DNA of 63,612 bases, filler included, from 9 parts of 9 records of this genome joined end to end with filler, not necessarily neighbours in it; one strand, 5' to 3'. Shown: positions 18,867 through 30,321, counted from the first letter of the whole stretch. Notes: generated from the sequence alone by a model not told the origin. Made by a program: numbers and translations.

Positions 18867-18914
18867 GAATGCACGGTGTGAGGTATGCGCACACATAACC
18901 CCACCCGTGCATTC
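18867..18914. terminator. stem-loop just downstream of the large FG-GAP gene
   Basis: GAATGCACGG...CCGTGCATTC inverted repeat, 6 nt from the stop codon. Confidence 0.45.
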
Positions 18915-18920
18915 CTTCGA

Positions 18921-21900
18921 TCAATGCATAATCACGAATGGAATTGTTAACTGGCGGCTGCCGTTAACATTTGTCGCTTTAACAACTACGTAGTATTGTC
19001 CCGAGCGCAACGCTGTGCCCGTGCTGCCATTGCCATCCCATTGTAGCTGGTATTCACCGGAACTGAGCTGCTCGTTAACCAAATGCGCCACTTCACGTCC
19101 GTTCAAATCACGAATGCTGGCCGTTACCAGAGCGCCGCGCTGCAACTCGAAGCGAATGTTCCCGCTGCCGACTGTTGGATTAGGCGCAAATGCCAGATTG
19201 CGCAGCAAGTCAGGTCCACTTTGGCCAATATACTGCTGCTCACGCACCACCTGTTTGTCCACTGAAGTGTTTTGATGAATCGAAACACTGGCGGTTGAAC
19301 TTCCACCCTGGCCGTCACTCACAGTGTAGGTGAACGAGTCGATTTCAGACGTTGAGTCAGTTGGCAGGGAAGCTACTCCAACGATGTAGTAGACTTTAGT
19401 GCTGTCGGCATTCAGGGCTACACTGGTCGCCGAACGGCTGGGAGCCGTCAGTCCTGTAATCTTAAGCGACTCACCATCCAGTTCCACGTCGTTTGCCAGT
19501 ACACATACCGTTGTCGTATCATCCATGTAGTAACCATAGCTGCCCAATTCCGGTTGCCCTTTAAGCTCACTTGTTAACACAATGTCGTTCTGAGCCAGGG
19601 GTTTCAGGTTACGACGGAATACGGCAACTGAGTTTTCGCCGGCTCCGGCAACGTAAACAAACCTGCTATCGCTGCTCGTCTCAACACCTTTGGCGCCTTT
19701 AAGGCCATCTACACCTTGCTGCCCGTCTTTTTTGCGTTCCAGGAAATCAAGTTCGCCACTGCCGGCTTTGCGTGCGAAATTGGCAAGCGCCTTATCGTTT
19801 TCACCGCTGACAAATGCGTTAATACCATCGGCCGTGATGGCCACATCTGCCGCGCCGTCCATGCCCGCCACTCCGGCGTCTCTATCACTGTAGTCATTTA
19901 CAAATGTTAATCTGCCGCTGGAGTCATTGCGCGCAAATACTGCTACGCCGTCGTCACCGTTGGAAGTCACATACACAAAACGTCCGTCGGCACTGACCTT
20001 AACGGCCGTGGCTTTGGAAAGTCCATTGACGCCGCCGCTGTTGTCTTTGAGGCGTTCTACAAATGTTAAGTCGCCGTCGGACGTAGCACGTGCAAAGACT
20101 GCGACAGCATCGTCACCAGTTCCGGCTGCATAGACGTGTTTGCCATCGGGACTAACTGTAACACCATTAACGGACCGGATTCCGTCTACACCGCCAGAGC
20201 CGTCCTTGACGAGGCCCAGGTAGGAGACCATGCCGTCATTGGCACGTGTTAATATTGCGATACTATTTTCGCCCTGACCGGCGACGTAGACGTTTTTCCC
20301 GTCGGGGCTGATTGCCAGTGCCGAAGCACCTTTCATGCCGTTAAAGCCATTTTTGTTGTCGCGTTCTGCCTGAATCTGCGTCAGTTCACCGGTGTTGACA
20401 TCACGATCCATGACTACGATTGATTTATCACCAAAAGCGGTGGCATACAAATTGTTACCGTCGGGGCTGATTTGCAGATCATTAACATACCGCAGGCGTG
20501 AGAAACCGTTCTTGCCATTGCGATAGCGCGTGATATAACTCAAGGTACCGTCTTCGCGGTTGCGCTCAAATAGCACAATTGAGTGCTCATTGCGGCCGGC
20601 GGCATACAGGAATTCACCGTCGGGAGAGATAACTGTGTTCTGCACAGTCTTCAGTCCCTTAACGCTACCTCCATTTTTTTGGCGCTCAACGTAATTGAGA
20701 TTTGAAGGCAGGCACACATCACCAACGACCATGGCAACGTAACTCGTCGCTTGGCAACCGTTGATATCCTCGATTGTATAGTTAAACACATCAACGCCGC
20801 TGAATCCGGCATCCGAAGTATATGTAACTTCACCAAGGCTACTGCCGCTGCTGCCATTATTGGCTGCCGCAACCGAAACGAGCGTAGCGCTGCTACCGGT
20901 GTCATTGTTAAGTACGGGCACCGTAGTTGCTACGGCAGTTTGCACCTGTTGAACATCCTGCTGCGCAATCAGTGTCTTCGGCGTCATGTTCAAGACCGTC
21001 GCAATGGAACAGCTGTTGGCAAACTGACGCGTAAGTGTAATGCTCTGCGCCGCGCCCTGATTCCATTCTACATCGACGGAGTTTGTACCCTGTCCACTCA
21101 GAATCACACCACCCAGGATTGTCCATGTGTCGCTGGCTCCGGTGGGCGTGGCAGGCAACGCCGAGTATGTTAATGTCGTAGCCGGGCAGCCGCAGCTTGT
21201 GCCGCTTATGACTGGAACGGCATTGATCGTGACGCAAACACTTGTTGAACCTTCAGGATCGGCAAGTGTAAGTGTATACTTGCCTGATTCAGTTGCCTGG
21301 CCCGCCGGTATGCGCACCAGCATTGTTGTGGCTCCGGAAGAAATAACTTCCAGGTTAACAATGGGATTACCATACGGCAATTGGCTGCCGGATGCCGGTG
21401 GAGTAACCGTCGCCAGGGTTACATTAGCCAGAGAGAGGCCAGCGAGGTTTAACTCCACTGAAGCACTTGTGGTATACAAACACTCGGGAGCAACACTTGT
21501 GATAGCAGGCGCAATTCCGTGGCTCCAGATTTGAATCTGATCATTACCCGAACCGCCAATCTTGCCCGTGATAATTTCAAGGTCACCATCGCCGTCAAGG
21601 TCGGCCAGTGCCAGACCGCCGCCTTCATTGTCAGCCTGTCCCAGGGTGGAACGGCTAAATCCGGCATTACCGTCATTGCTGTATATATAAATGGGGGCAG
21701 GCGTGCCGCTGCCGTCGCCCTTGACCGTCAGAATGATATCCAGGTCATTGTCGGCATCGATATCTGCGATCGCAATTTCAGACTTGCCAACCGCATCATC
21801 AAATGGCTGCGAACTAAAAGTTGCATCGCCATTGTTAAGCATGATGCGCCCGGTTTTACCGCCTAATCGATCTGTTCCGCTGAAAATGACGTCGTTGTCA

Positions 21901-24569
21901 CCATCACCGTCAAAATCGGCTATTGCAACCTCATCTTGTGTGCCGGCACCAAAACCACTGTCAACAGCAAAATTTCCGTTGCCGTCGTTAATACCAATTT
22001 TCGAATAAAGGCTACTGACTTCAATCGCTACAAAGTCAAGGTCATTGTCACCATCCAGATCACCAAGGGCCACGGCCTTACCAAGAATGTGCGAGAATTC
22101 TTCTTCGCGGAAGGTTCCGTCGCCGCGGTTGATCAGTGCAAGAATATCGCCGTAATCCGAAACCGACAATAGATCCAGGGCGCCGTCGCCATTCAGGTCG
22201 CCGGTCGCAATTTCGTTCAGATGACCAAAATTAAACGTGTTCATCACCTGAGTGCCGGCGACGAAAGTGCCGTCTCCATTGTTGCGCAGGACATGTAGCG
22301 TGTCGCTGTCGGAACAGATGATCACGTCAAGGTCACAATCACCGTCGATATCGCCAAGCGCCAAACCTTTGGAATCGATACCGGATATTGTTTGGCTTGC
22401 ATAGGTGCCATTGCCATTATTTGTGAACATTCCGTAGCCTGCCGGTCCGGCAAAAACTGCGTCAGGTAAACCATCGCCGTTTAGGTCGCCCGTGCGGATA
22501 AATTCAGCTGCAAAAGTGTCGGCCATACTTTGCTGGAATTCAAAGAATCCAGTACCGTTGTTGACGGCTGCGCGCAAGTTGTAGACCAGCGCAGGTTCGA
22601 GCAAAGTGCCGGTCGTCGTTTGTGCATTGGTTACCGTCACCATTATTTCTTCACCGGGCATAAAACTCAAACCCGGTTCGATTTTTAACTGTGCGGCACA
22701 TCCAACGTAGGACACCGTGGCTTTGGTCGTTATGTGTCCGCGCAGCGACGAGTGCACGATTACATTGGCTTGTGTTGGAATCGGATTGGACTTGAGCGTT
22801 AACTCATCCATCGAATCAGTGAAGTTGATCTTGATGTCGCCGTCGGCTTCCAGGGAATAACTATTCGGCGCAGGGGAGAAGTTGAGCTCAGAGCCGACAG
22901 TGCGAAACAATTCTATCGCAATTTCATGTGTTTGGATGCCCCCAACGAGGTCAACGTCGCCGTCGCCGTCAAAGTCCCCGAACGTCATTGATGTATAGGC
23001 ACCAAAGCCGAGACCTTTATAAAACTGTTTGATATCAAAACTTGCGTCGCCGTTGTTTAACCAAACTTCAATCTCTGGCTTGTTGTCGTGGGGGAAAAGG
23101 ATGTCCAGATCGCCGTCAATGTCCACGTCACTGAAATAAAACAGGTCAGTGCGGACAGGATGTGTTAACTCCAGCGCAAAACTGCCATCACCGTTGTTTA
23201 ACCACAATTCCGTTCCGCCAATATTGCCAAAAACCGCGATGTCCAGGTCGCCGTCATTGTCCATGTCTCCCGACTGCAGAAAACTCTTGCCAACCACACC
23301 AAATGAGGATTGAGCAAACGAGAAGCCGCCCTGATTTTCAAGGATTGTTGTGCCGCCTGGCGCTGTAAATTTTGTATAAATGATGTCGAGGTCCTGGTCC
23401 CCGTCAACATCACCGACGCCGATTTCACCGAAACGCCCGGTCTGTGCCACTCCAAAACTTTGGGTTGTGTGTGTGAAATTGCCGCTGCCGTCGTTCTCAA
23501 AAAAGCTGAACTCCTGTAGAAATCGGCCACCGGCCAAATCCAGGTCACCATCATTGTCCAGATCGCCGATTGTCAACGGATAAACGTTATCGCTGGTCAG
23601 AACCTCGTCAGTAAACGTTCCGTCGCCATTGTTAAACAAAATAATCCGATCATTGCCGGCACCGTAGGTGCCTAGAATGGCGTCTAAGTCACCGTCGTTA
23701 TCGATGTCACCCAACAGAACTTTGCCATTTGCAAACCCGAAAGTCTGTTTTGTTGAGAAATTGCCATCACCGTCATTTTCGAGTACTTCCCAACGATTAA
23801 GCCCACCGCCAAGAGGGTAGGCAAACATGTCCAAATCGCCATCGTTATCAAGGTCGCCTTCAATAAGGTTGCTAACAAATCCAGAAAACCCTGTGAACGA
23901 CCAACTCGCTACGGCTTCACAGTTTTTAATGTTTCGGCTGCCACTACTGGGCAAAACTCTAAATTTAAACTGGTAGTCCTTGTCCGGCCCGTTATTACTG
24001 TTATCCTGCAAATCATCCGTCAGGGTCAGCGATACCATTTCACCCGGCTTAAAGTCGTCGTCAGGTGTAAAGGTCACTACCTGATCACCGCTAAACGTGC
24101 CTTTATCAGACAAAAATCCACTCTGTGATCCATGGATTACGATGTTGCCGGCCGTACGTGTGGAAATGTTAAGTGCCGTGCTAAAGGTCATCGTGATGGA
24201 GCCATCCACGGCCAGGGTTGCCTGCGAGGATGGGGCAATATTCTGAAGTGCAAAGGGGGTGCCGGCCTGCACGTCCAGTGAGCCGATCGGCAAAGCCAGG
24301 GCGGCTAATAGTGCGCTGCCTGCCAGGCCCTGCCCGAATACTTTGCGGCTTGTGGAGGCAAAGAGTTTAAGCTGCTCTGCCAGTTTGATAACGCGCCTGC
24401 GCAGCATTGCTAATCTGCGGCGTGCGTCTATGGAATCTGTGGTTTGATGAATCAAACGCTGTATCTGCCTGCGTGCTTTTTTAAAGCGCTGCAGGATCGA
24501 ATGCGTCATCGGTTGCGTCATCGATTGTGTCATCGGTTGCGTTTTGGAGCTTTCGCGTGTAATCTGCAT
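18921..24569 (-). CDS. ~1880-aa secreted multidomain protein: 2x(Ig-like + FG-GAP propeller), Ig/PKD/cadherin-like repeats, lactonase-type propeller, T9SS type-A CTD
   Basis: Many GDLD.DGD.D Ca-binding repeats, SPDG..YAA propeller blades, VLNND Ig motifs and C-terminal APNPT...IRDLNGREV...WDG...SGQYYV. Start uncertain (ATG 24569 or a downstream Met). Confidence 0.88.
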   Translation of the reverse strand: MQITRESSKTQPMTQSMTQPMTHSILQRFKKARRQIQRLIHQTTDSIDARRRLAMLRRRVIKLAEQLKLFASTSRKVFGQGLAGSALLAALALPIGSLDVQAGTPFALQNIAPSSQATLAVDGSITMTFSTALNISTRTAGNIVIHGSQSGFLSDKGTFSGDQVVTFTPDDDFKPGEMVSLTLTDDLQDNSNNGPDKDYQFKFRVLPSSGSRNIKNCEAVASWSFTGFSGFVSNLIEGDLDNDGDLDMFAYPLGGGLNRWEVLENDGDGNFSTKQTFGFANGKVLLGDIDNDGDLDAILGTYGAGNDRIILFNNGDGTFTDEVLTSDNVYPLTIGDLDNDGDLDLAGGRFLQEFSFFENDGSGNFTHTTQSFGVAQTGRFGEIGVGDVDGDQDLDIIYTKFTAPGGTTILENQGGFSFAQSSFGVVGKSFLQSGDMDNDGDLDIAVFGNIGGTELWLNNGDGSFALELTHPVRTDLFYFSDVDIDGDLDILFPHDNKPEIEVWLNNGDASFDIKQFYKGLGFGAYTSMTFGDFDGDGDVDLVGGIQTHEIAIELFRTVGSELNFSPAPNSYSLEADGDIKINFTDSMDELTLKSNPIPTQANVIVHSSLRGHITTKATVSYVGCAAQLKIEPGLSFMPGEEIMVTVTNAQTTTGTLLEPALVYNLRAAVNNGTGFFEFQQSMADTFAAEFIRTGDLNGDGLPDAVFAGPAGYGMFTNNGNGTYASQTISGIDSKGLALGDIDGDCDLDVIICSDSDTLHVLRNNGDGTFVAGTQVMNTFNFGHLNEIATGDLNGDGALDLLSVSDYGDILALINRGDGTFREEEFSHILGKAVALGDLDGDNDLDFVAIEVSSLYSKIGINDGNGNFAVDSGFGAGTQDEVAIADFDGDGDNDVIFSGTDRLGGKTGRIMLNNGDATFSSQPFDDAVGKSEIAIADIDADNDLDIILTVKGDGSGTPAPIYIYSNDGNAGFSRSTLGQADNEGGGLALADLDGDGDLEIITGKIGGSGNDQIQIWSHGIAPAITSVAPECLYTTSASVELNLAGLSLANVTLATVTPPASGSQLPYGNPIVNLEVISSGATTMLVRIPAGQATESGKYTLTLADPEGSTSVCVTINAVPVISGTSCGCPATTLTYSALPATPTGASDTWTILGGVILSGQGTNSVDVEWNQGAAQSITLTRQFANSCSIATVLNMTPKTLIAQQDVQQVQTAVATTVPVLNNDTGSSATLVSVAAANNGSSGSSLGEVTYTSDAGFSGVDVFNYTIEDINGCQATSYVAMVVGDVCLPSNLNYVERQKNGGSVKGLKTVQNTVISPDGEFLYAAGRNEHSIVLFERNREDGTLSYITRYRNGKNGFSRLRYVNDLQISPDGNNLYATAFGDKSIVVMDRDVNTGELTQIQAERDNKNGFNGMKGASALAISPDGKNVYVAGQGENSIAILTRANDGMVSYLGLVKDGSGGVDGIRSVNGVTVSPDGKHVYAAGTGDDAVAVFARATSDGDLTFVERLKDNSGGVNGLSKATAVKVSADGRFVYVTSNGDDGVAVFARNDSSGRLTFVNDYSDRDAGVAGMDGAADVAITADGINAFVSGENDKALANFARKAGSGELDFLERKKDGQQGVDGLKGAKGVETSSDSRFVYVAGAGENSVAVFRRNLKPLAQNDIVLTSELKGQPELGSYGYYMDDTTTVCVLANDVELDGESLKITGLTAPSRSATSVALNADSTKVYYIVGVASLPTDSTSEIDSFTYTVSDGQGGSSTASVSIHQNTSVDKQVVREQQYIGQSGPDLLRNLAFAPNPTVGSGNIRFELQRGALVTASIRDLNGREVAHLVNEQLSSGEYQLQWDGNGSTGTALRSGQYYVVVKATNVNGSRQLTIPFVIMH
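24502..24542. repeat. ~3.5 copies of a 12-bp tandem repeat encoding TQPM/TQSM
   Basis: tgcgtcatcggt tgcgtcatcgat tgtgtcatcggt tgcgt. Confidence 0.7.
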
Positions 24570-25218
24570 AACTGATCGAAGGTAAAGTGGAATTGAATTG
24601 TAGGGGTTATAGATTGCGAGGCATAGCTCCGCCACACAAAGGTGTGAGACCTTTGCCGAATGAACGAGTGCGAAGAGTTAATACATGCCTCTTCCTGGGC
24701 GCATGTTAATACGTCCTGCCAACCCGCCGATTAGAGCCGTGCCTATGTGTATATGTTAATACTGTATGTATTGCTGCTTACATGAAGCCGGAAGTTATAC
24801 TGTGTAAGGTGTCCGCGTAGCCTTGCACATGAAGTCAATAGTTAAACAATCGCTTTAGTCAGATTTCCGCATAACACGCATTAAACAAGTGTCGTTTCCT
24901 GATTAATGCGATCCGCCGACTAAAGAAACTTAAAAATTCAACTACCTGCAGTTGAGGATTGAATTTCAGATGCTGCAATCTAGGTATTCTGTCTGAATCA
25001 ACTACTACTGAAAATCTACTTAGAAGCCATTTTTCTGGTGTGGCAGCTTGGGAACTTAAATGTGCAAATCTTCTCTCAGGCCGCTCTATACCTTGAACGG
25101 CTGTAGCTACGCTGGGCCTTTTTGAGTTCTTGCTTGGCACTGAGGTCACAGCTTACAACTACTGATTCGCCCGCAAAAGCACGCTGTGCCGCATCTAAGC
25201 CTCAGCTGTGTGAGCAAA

Positions 25219-26949
25219 CTAGTCCAGTTCGTTTAAGGTGACGCGAATGTCGATTTTGCCGGGAAGCTGGAGTTTCTTGCGGATATTATAGCGATGTGAG
25301 TCCAGGCTGCGCATGCCAATGCGCAGAATGCGGCAGATGTCTTTGGAGGGAATGTTTAATTTCATCAGTGAACAGACTTTGCGCTCCGTCACTGTTAATT
25401 TGGGGTAGCGCTTAAACAATCGATCCTGGAAGTCCGGGTGCAACAGAGTAAATTGTTCTTCAAAGTCCTGCCAGAGAGTCGCTTCGCTCGAAAGGCTAGT
25501 TAGTGAGCTGATCAGGGACGTCACAGATTTGTCGTTGGAAGCAATTTTCCCAGTCTTGACATTTTTTAGCAGCGCAACCGATTCATCCAGCAGTTGATAA
25601 TTACTGGACATTTGCAGTGTTTTGGCTACGAGTTCCTTGCGCATGCGGTCACGTTCGGCTTCAGCACGCATTGTTTCGGCCTGATGTAATTCATTCTCAC
25701 TGCTAAGTTTTGAGACTGTTTGGTGTGTGTTTTCCAACTCCAATTCATATTTGTGTCCCAAGGCCTCGTCGCTGTAATTGCGCTCAAACTCCTGCTGCTG
25801 TAGATGTTTAACTTTTTGGGCATAGGTATATGCCATTTTGAAGTCAGCCTTGTCAGCGTAAAAATTCTGCAATAACTCACATGTCTCGCGTTCATACTTG
25901 AACAAATTTGCTTCCTGTGCCAGCGTTAGTGTCTCCCGCATGTGCCTGAGCGCTTCCTCGTCACGTTTCTGGGCGATCGATATCCTGGCAAGTATGATGG
26001 CGGCTTCAACTTTTCCCGATGTCGCATCTTTTGAATTGGCCAGCTGTGCACCAAGCAGAACATGTGGCAGCGCTTCTTCGAACCGTTCCTCGCATACATA
26101 AACTCCGGCAGTATTCAGTTCGATTGACATCCTGAGGTAGTCGTTACTAATATTTTCAGCATGATAACGGGCTTCATCAAGCCATGCATGCGTTTCTTCG
26201 CCAATACGCCCCTGTTCGATGTGAACACACACCATCGTATTCAGAGCGGTGGTAATGTTAATAATATTATTGTTGGCGCGAGCAAGCTTCAGGAACGTCG
26301 TCAGCGGACGCAGTGCCGCGTCATATTTGCGAAGTGCGAGGTGTGCCAGTCCCAAACGATGATAGACATGTCCGACGTTGTGAAAGCGCCCAGATTCCCG
26401 TGCGAGTACCAGGAGCTGATCGATCTCCTGAATAGCGCGCGCAGAGAATCCCGTTTCCAGATAGACACCGCTGGACGTCCAGTGATTGCGCAGTCTACCT
26501 TCCAGATAGCCTATCTCCTGTACAATTACTTTGGATTGCTCAACCAAATCTATTGCCTCATCAAAACGACAAAGATACAAGTTCAGATCCGCCAGGTGAT
26601 GTAAGACTCTGACCTCCAGTTTGCGGTTCTTGAATTGTCGCGCAAACGCAAGCGATTGCAGCGCCGTTTTCTCTGAGTCTGCAAAGCGCCCAAGTGAGAC
26701 CATTGCAACGGCGCGGTATTCCAGCAGTTGACCGTGGAGCGCAAGTGGTTCACTTTGACTGAACTCGTTCAAATAGGCATCCGACAATTCAAGGTAAATC
26801 TTGCCGGACTTTACCAGAAGCGAACGACCGGTAGTGCACATATAGGTGAGCTTGGATTCTTGATCCGGCAGTTCGGCATATGTGCTGCGATGTTTATCGG
26901 ATTCGCGCTTGGCACGTTCTTCAGGTTTTCGATCCAATGGTATTTGCAT
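25219..26949 (-). CDS. TPR-repeat + coiled-coil + C-terminal LuxR HTH transcriptional regulator
   Basis: TPR helices, WQDFEEQF..LHPDF..L...YPKLTVTERKVC..SKDIC..SHRYNIRKKL. Confidence 0.88.
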   Translation of the reverse strand: MQIPLDRKPEERAKRESDKHRSTYAELPDQESKLTYMCTTGRSLLVKSGKIYLELSDAYLNEFSQSEPLALHGQLLEYRAVAMVSLGRFADSEKTALQSLAFARQFKNRKLEVRVLHHLADLNLYLCRFDEAIDLVEQSKVIVQEIGYLEGRLRNHWTSSGVYLETGFSARAIQEIDQLLVLARESGRFHNVGHVYHRLGLAHLALRKYDAALRPLTTFLKLARANNNIINITTALNTMVCVHIEQGRIGEETHAWLDEARYHAENISNDYLRMSIELNTAGVYVCEERFEEALPHVLLGAQLANSKDATSGKVEAAIILARISIAQKRDEEALRHMRETLTLAQEANLFKYERETCELLQNFYADKADFKMAYTYAQKVKHLQQQEFERNYSDEALGHKYELELENTHQTVSKLSSENELHQAETMRAEAERDRMRKELVAKTLQMSSNYQLLDESVALLKNVKTGKIASNDKSVTSLISSLTSLSSEATLWQDFEEQFTLLHPDFQDRLFKRYPKLTVTERKVCSLMKLNIPSKDICRILRIGMRSLDSHRYNIRKKLQLPGKIDIRVTLNELD

Positions 26950-27180
26950 ATCGCAATTTATGCATTGCCGTAATGAAATTCAGATTTTTTAGGCCGGGTG
27001 ACTTGACTCGCATTCTTATGCAGGTGTTGTAGATTGTGAGATTTGACGTTCGACCACTTTCCAATACACACGCAAGCACAAAAAACTCTAGTCTCATCTG
27101 ATGTTATATGACAACCCAATGACTAACATAAAAAAACAGCCAGCCACCAAGTCTGCGAGGGGGGGCGCAGCGCTCATGTA

Positions 27181-27740
27181 TCAGAAAACAAACAACAAGC
27201 ATGCTCGGCACAGGTATCTGTATGAATTACATGTGATGGGCGCGATGTTAAGTTGCCTGGCAAGTGGCAGACATTTGTCTACGTACACGAGGGCTTGTGT
27301 GGCTTCACCGCGTTCCAATAGTTTGAAAGAATATTTCAGGTAAATTTCGGCCAGTCCACGTGGGTCACTTAACTCCGTGGCCATCAGCTCAACTTCGTGC
27401 AGCAGCGTCAGCGTTTCTTCATGCGCGTCCAGGCCCATTTCTGCACGGTGCACCAAATTGTTAATCACAGCTTTTACCAGTCGGAATTTTGACCCTGTTT
27501 TGCGCGCCCGTTCTACGCCCTTCGTAAAATATTCGAGCGCACCTTCTGCAAAGCCTATTTTTGCGGTAGTGATACCCATCGTTGTATACAGTGCGTGTAA
27601 AACGTAATGTGGCGTTTATGGGGTGGCCAATTCCAGCGCTTGCTGCGCAGATTACATCGCCGCAGAATTGTTCGACTGTGTAATGTGCGCTCCGGCGATG
27701 TTTAGGGGATTTTGCAGCTGCATTGCCATTTTTACGGCGC
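27181..27740 (-). pseudogene. TPR-coding fragment with two in-frame stops, inverted relative to the adjacent LuxR half
   Basis: Frame AVKMAMQLQNPLNIAGAH...AAM*SAQQALELATP*TPH...GALEYFTKGVERARK...YRYLCRAC is TPR-like throughout. Confidence 0.6.
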
Positions 27741-28316
27741 AAATTGGAATTGGAACGCCAAACCAAGGCCGAGCAGAAACAACGCCGTATTGAAATGTTA
27801 AAAACTTCCTACGACGTTAACACACTCGAAGACAAGCGGCGCGAAGCATCTGAGCGGCTGGAGACGATGAACAAAGGGCGTGAGTCCGATAAACGCATCA
27901 TTGAATTATTGAGCGCGCAGGCGGAAGGCGAACGTGAACTATTGAAAAAGATTCAACAGCTGCTATGTACACCACAGGATTCCATAGAAAATTATCGCGC
28001 CCTACATCTTTGCATGATCCAGCAAATTGAACGTCGGCTTGATGGAACTGACACCAAAGGTTCGCAAAAAGAGCTGCTGCAGCTTGACCCTGCATTTATC
28101 AAACTTTTGGCTGCGTGTTACCCGAAAATGACCGTTAATGAACGCAAAGTCTGCGCGCTTGTGAGCACGGATGTTTCGAATGCCGACATTGCGCGACTCA
28201 TGCATGTTTCACAGCGTTCGATTGAAACCTACCGCTACCGCATTCGCAAGAAGCTGAACCTGGCCCCGGGCAGCGATCTGAACCTGGCGATTGCCAGGCT
28301 TTACGAAGATCAATAG
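27723..28316 (+). CDS. C-terminal half (coiled coil + LuxR HTH) of a TPR-LuxR regulator; probably a gene fragment
   Basis: LDPAFIKLL..YPKMTVNERKVC..SNADIARLMHVSQRSIETYRYRIRKKL, paralogous to 25219-26949. No convincing start. Confidence 0.75.
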   Translation: MPFLRRKLELERQTKAEQKQRRIEMLKTSYDVNTLEDKRREASERLETMNKGRESDKRIIELLSAQAEGERELLKKIQQLLCTPQDSIENYRALHLCMIQQIERRLDGTDTKGSQKELLQLDPAFIKLLAACYPKMTVNERKVCALVSTDVSNADIARLMHVSQRSIETYRYRIRKKLNLAPGSDLNLAIARLYEDQ

Positions 28317-28603
28317 ACGAGCAAACGCACCACCTGAGTAAAGCTACAGCCGCTCCAACTACGCATTGCGTGGTTTTGACGTGTGGAGGTTGCAGGCTGC
28401 CCCTACTAATTTATCACTGTATACAAACGGCGGCTTAGTTCCGGTTTCGGCACTATTCCACGTGTCGCAGACCGAGCTAGCTGCCCGTTTAAGCCGCGAA
28501 TCCACGGGCAAAAACGATCGGATTTCGGAGGCACAGTTTCAGATTGGCTCAGTAGAAGGGCGCCTGCTGAATTCCCCCCGCAGAAAACACAAAGGATTAA
28601 ACC

Positions 28604-29263
28604 ATGTACGCAAACAAACTCCGCCGAACTACGACTGCATTGCAGCAACTCAAGAAGTATTTGCGGCGTTTGGAGCGATGCATTGACCGCGTCGAGCCAA
28701 GTTTGGAGTCGCAACGGAAACTTGTTTGGTTGCAGAAACGGATCACCAAACTTCTGAGCGGCCTACGACCATTCGGCCTGCGCATAAGCGGACGCCCAGC
28801 AGCATTTGCCGCAGCAGCAGTGTTAGCGTTGACAACGCTGCCCGCGACTGCCTGGAGTCAGGTCCCGCGTGTCACACAGCTGAGCCCATCGACGAATGCA
28901 ATCAATGTGATACGCAGTACGAATATCTCGATACGTTTCAGCACGGCGATGGACTTATCGACCGTGAGTCAGTCCAATATTCGCGTCTTTGGCTCACAGA
29001 CGGGATTGCTGAGTACGAGTGGAAGTTTCAGTGGGAATCCCGAGCGCGTGTTCGATCCGGCGTCTTTGTTTAGACCTGGTGAGCGCATCTCCGTCACGAT
29101 TTCTACCGGTGCCAGCAGCACGAGTGGCAGCGGTCTTACAAAACCATTGGTATATCAATTCAGGACTGCGGTTTCTGGTGGAGTTGGGGTTTTTACGTCT
29201 ACGACTTTGGGCGGCCGCACCAGTCATGATGCAGCTCTCGGCGATTTGGACGGCGACGGCGAT
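28604..29263 (+). CDS. secreted Ig-like + FG-GAP repeat protein (3'-truncated), paralogue of 18921-24569
   Basis: Extended signal peptide ending AWS|Q, Ig domain with ISIRFS..NIRVFGSQTG..FRPGERISV, first GDLDGDGD at the contig end. Confidence 0.85.
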
Positions 29264-29363
29264 NNNNNNNNNNNNNNNNNNNNNNNNNNNNNNNNNNNNN
29301 NNNNNNNTTAATTAATTAANNNNNNNNNNNNNNNNNNNNNNNNNNNNNNNNNNNNNNNNNNNN

Positions 29364-30321
<958 letters not shown>

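Noticed and set aside
21500-23900. Periodic nucleotide repeats (gtcgccgtc, ccatcgcc) that could mimic a CRISPR or DGR repeat
   Set aside because: Explained by codons of the FG-GAP DxDGDGD motifs; no constant repeat-spacer structure and no cas or RT gene.
24859-25149. 96-aa ORF between the regulator and the adhesin as a possible signalling-peptide gene
   Set aside because: GTG start, no signal peptide or recognisable composition, and no counterpart in the mirror module.
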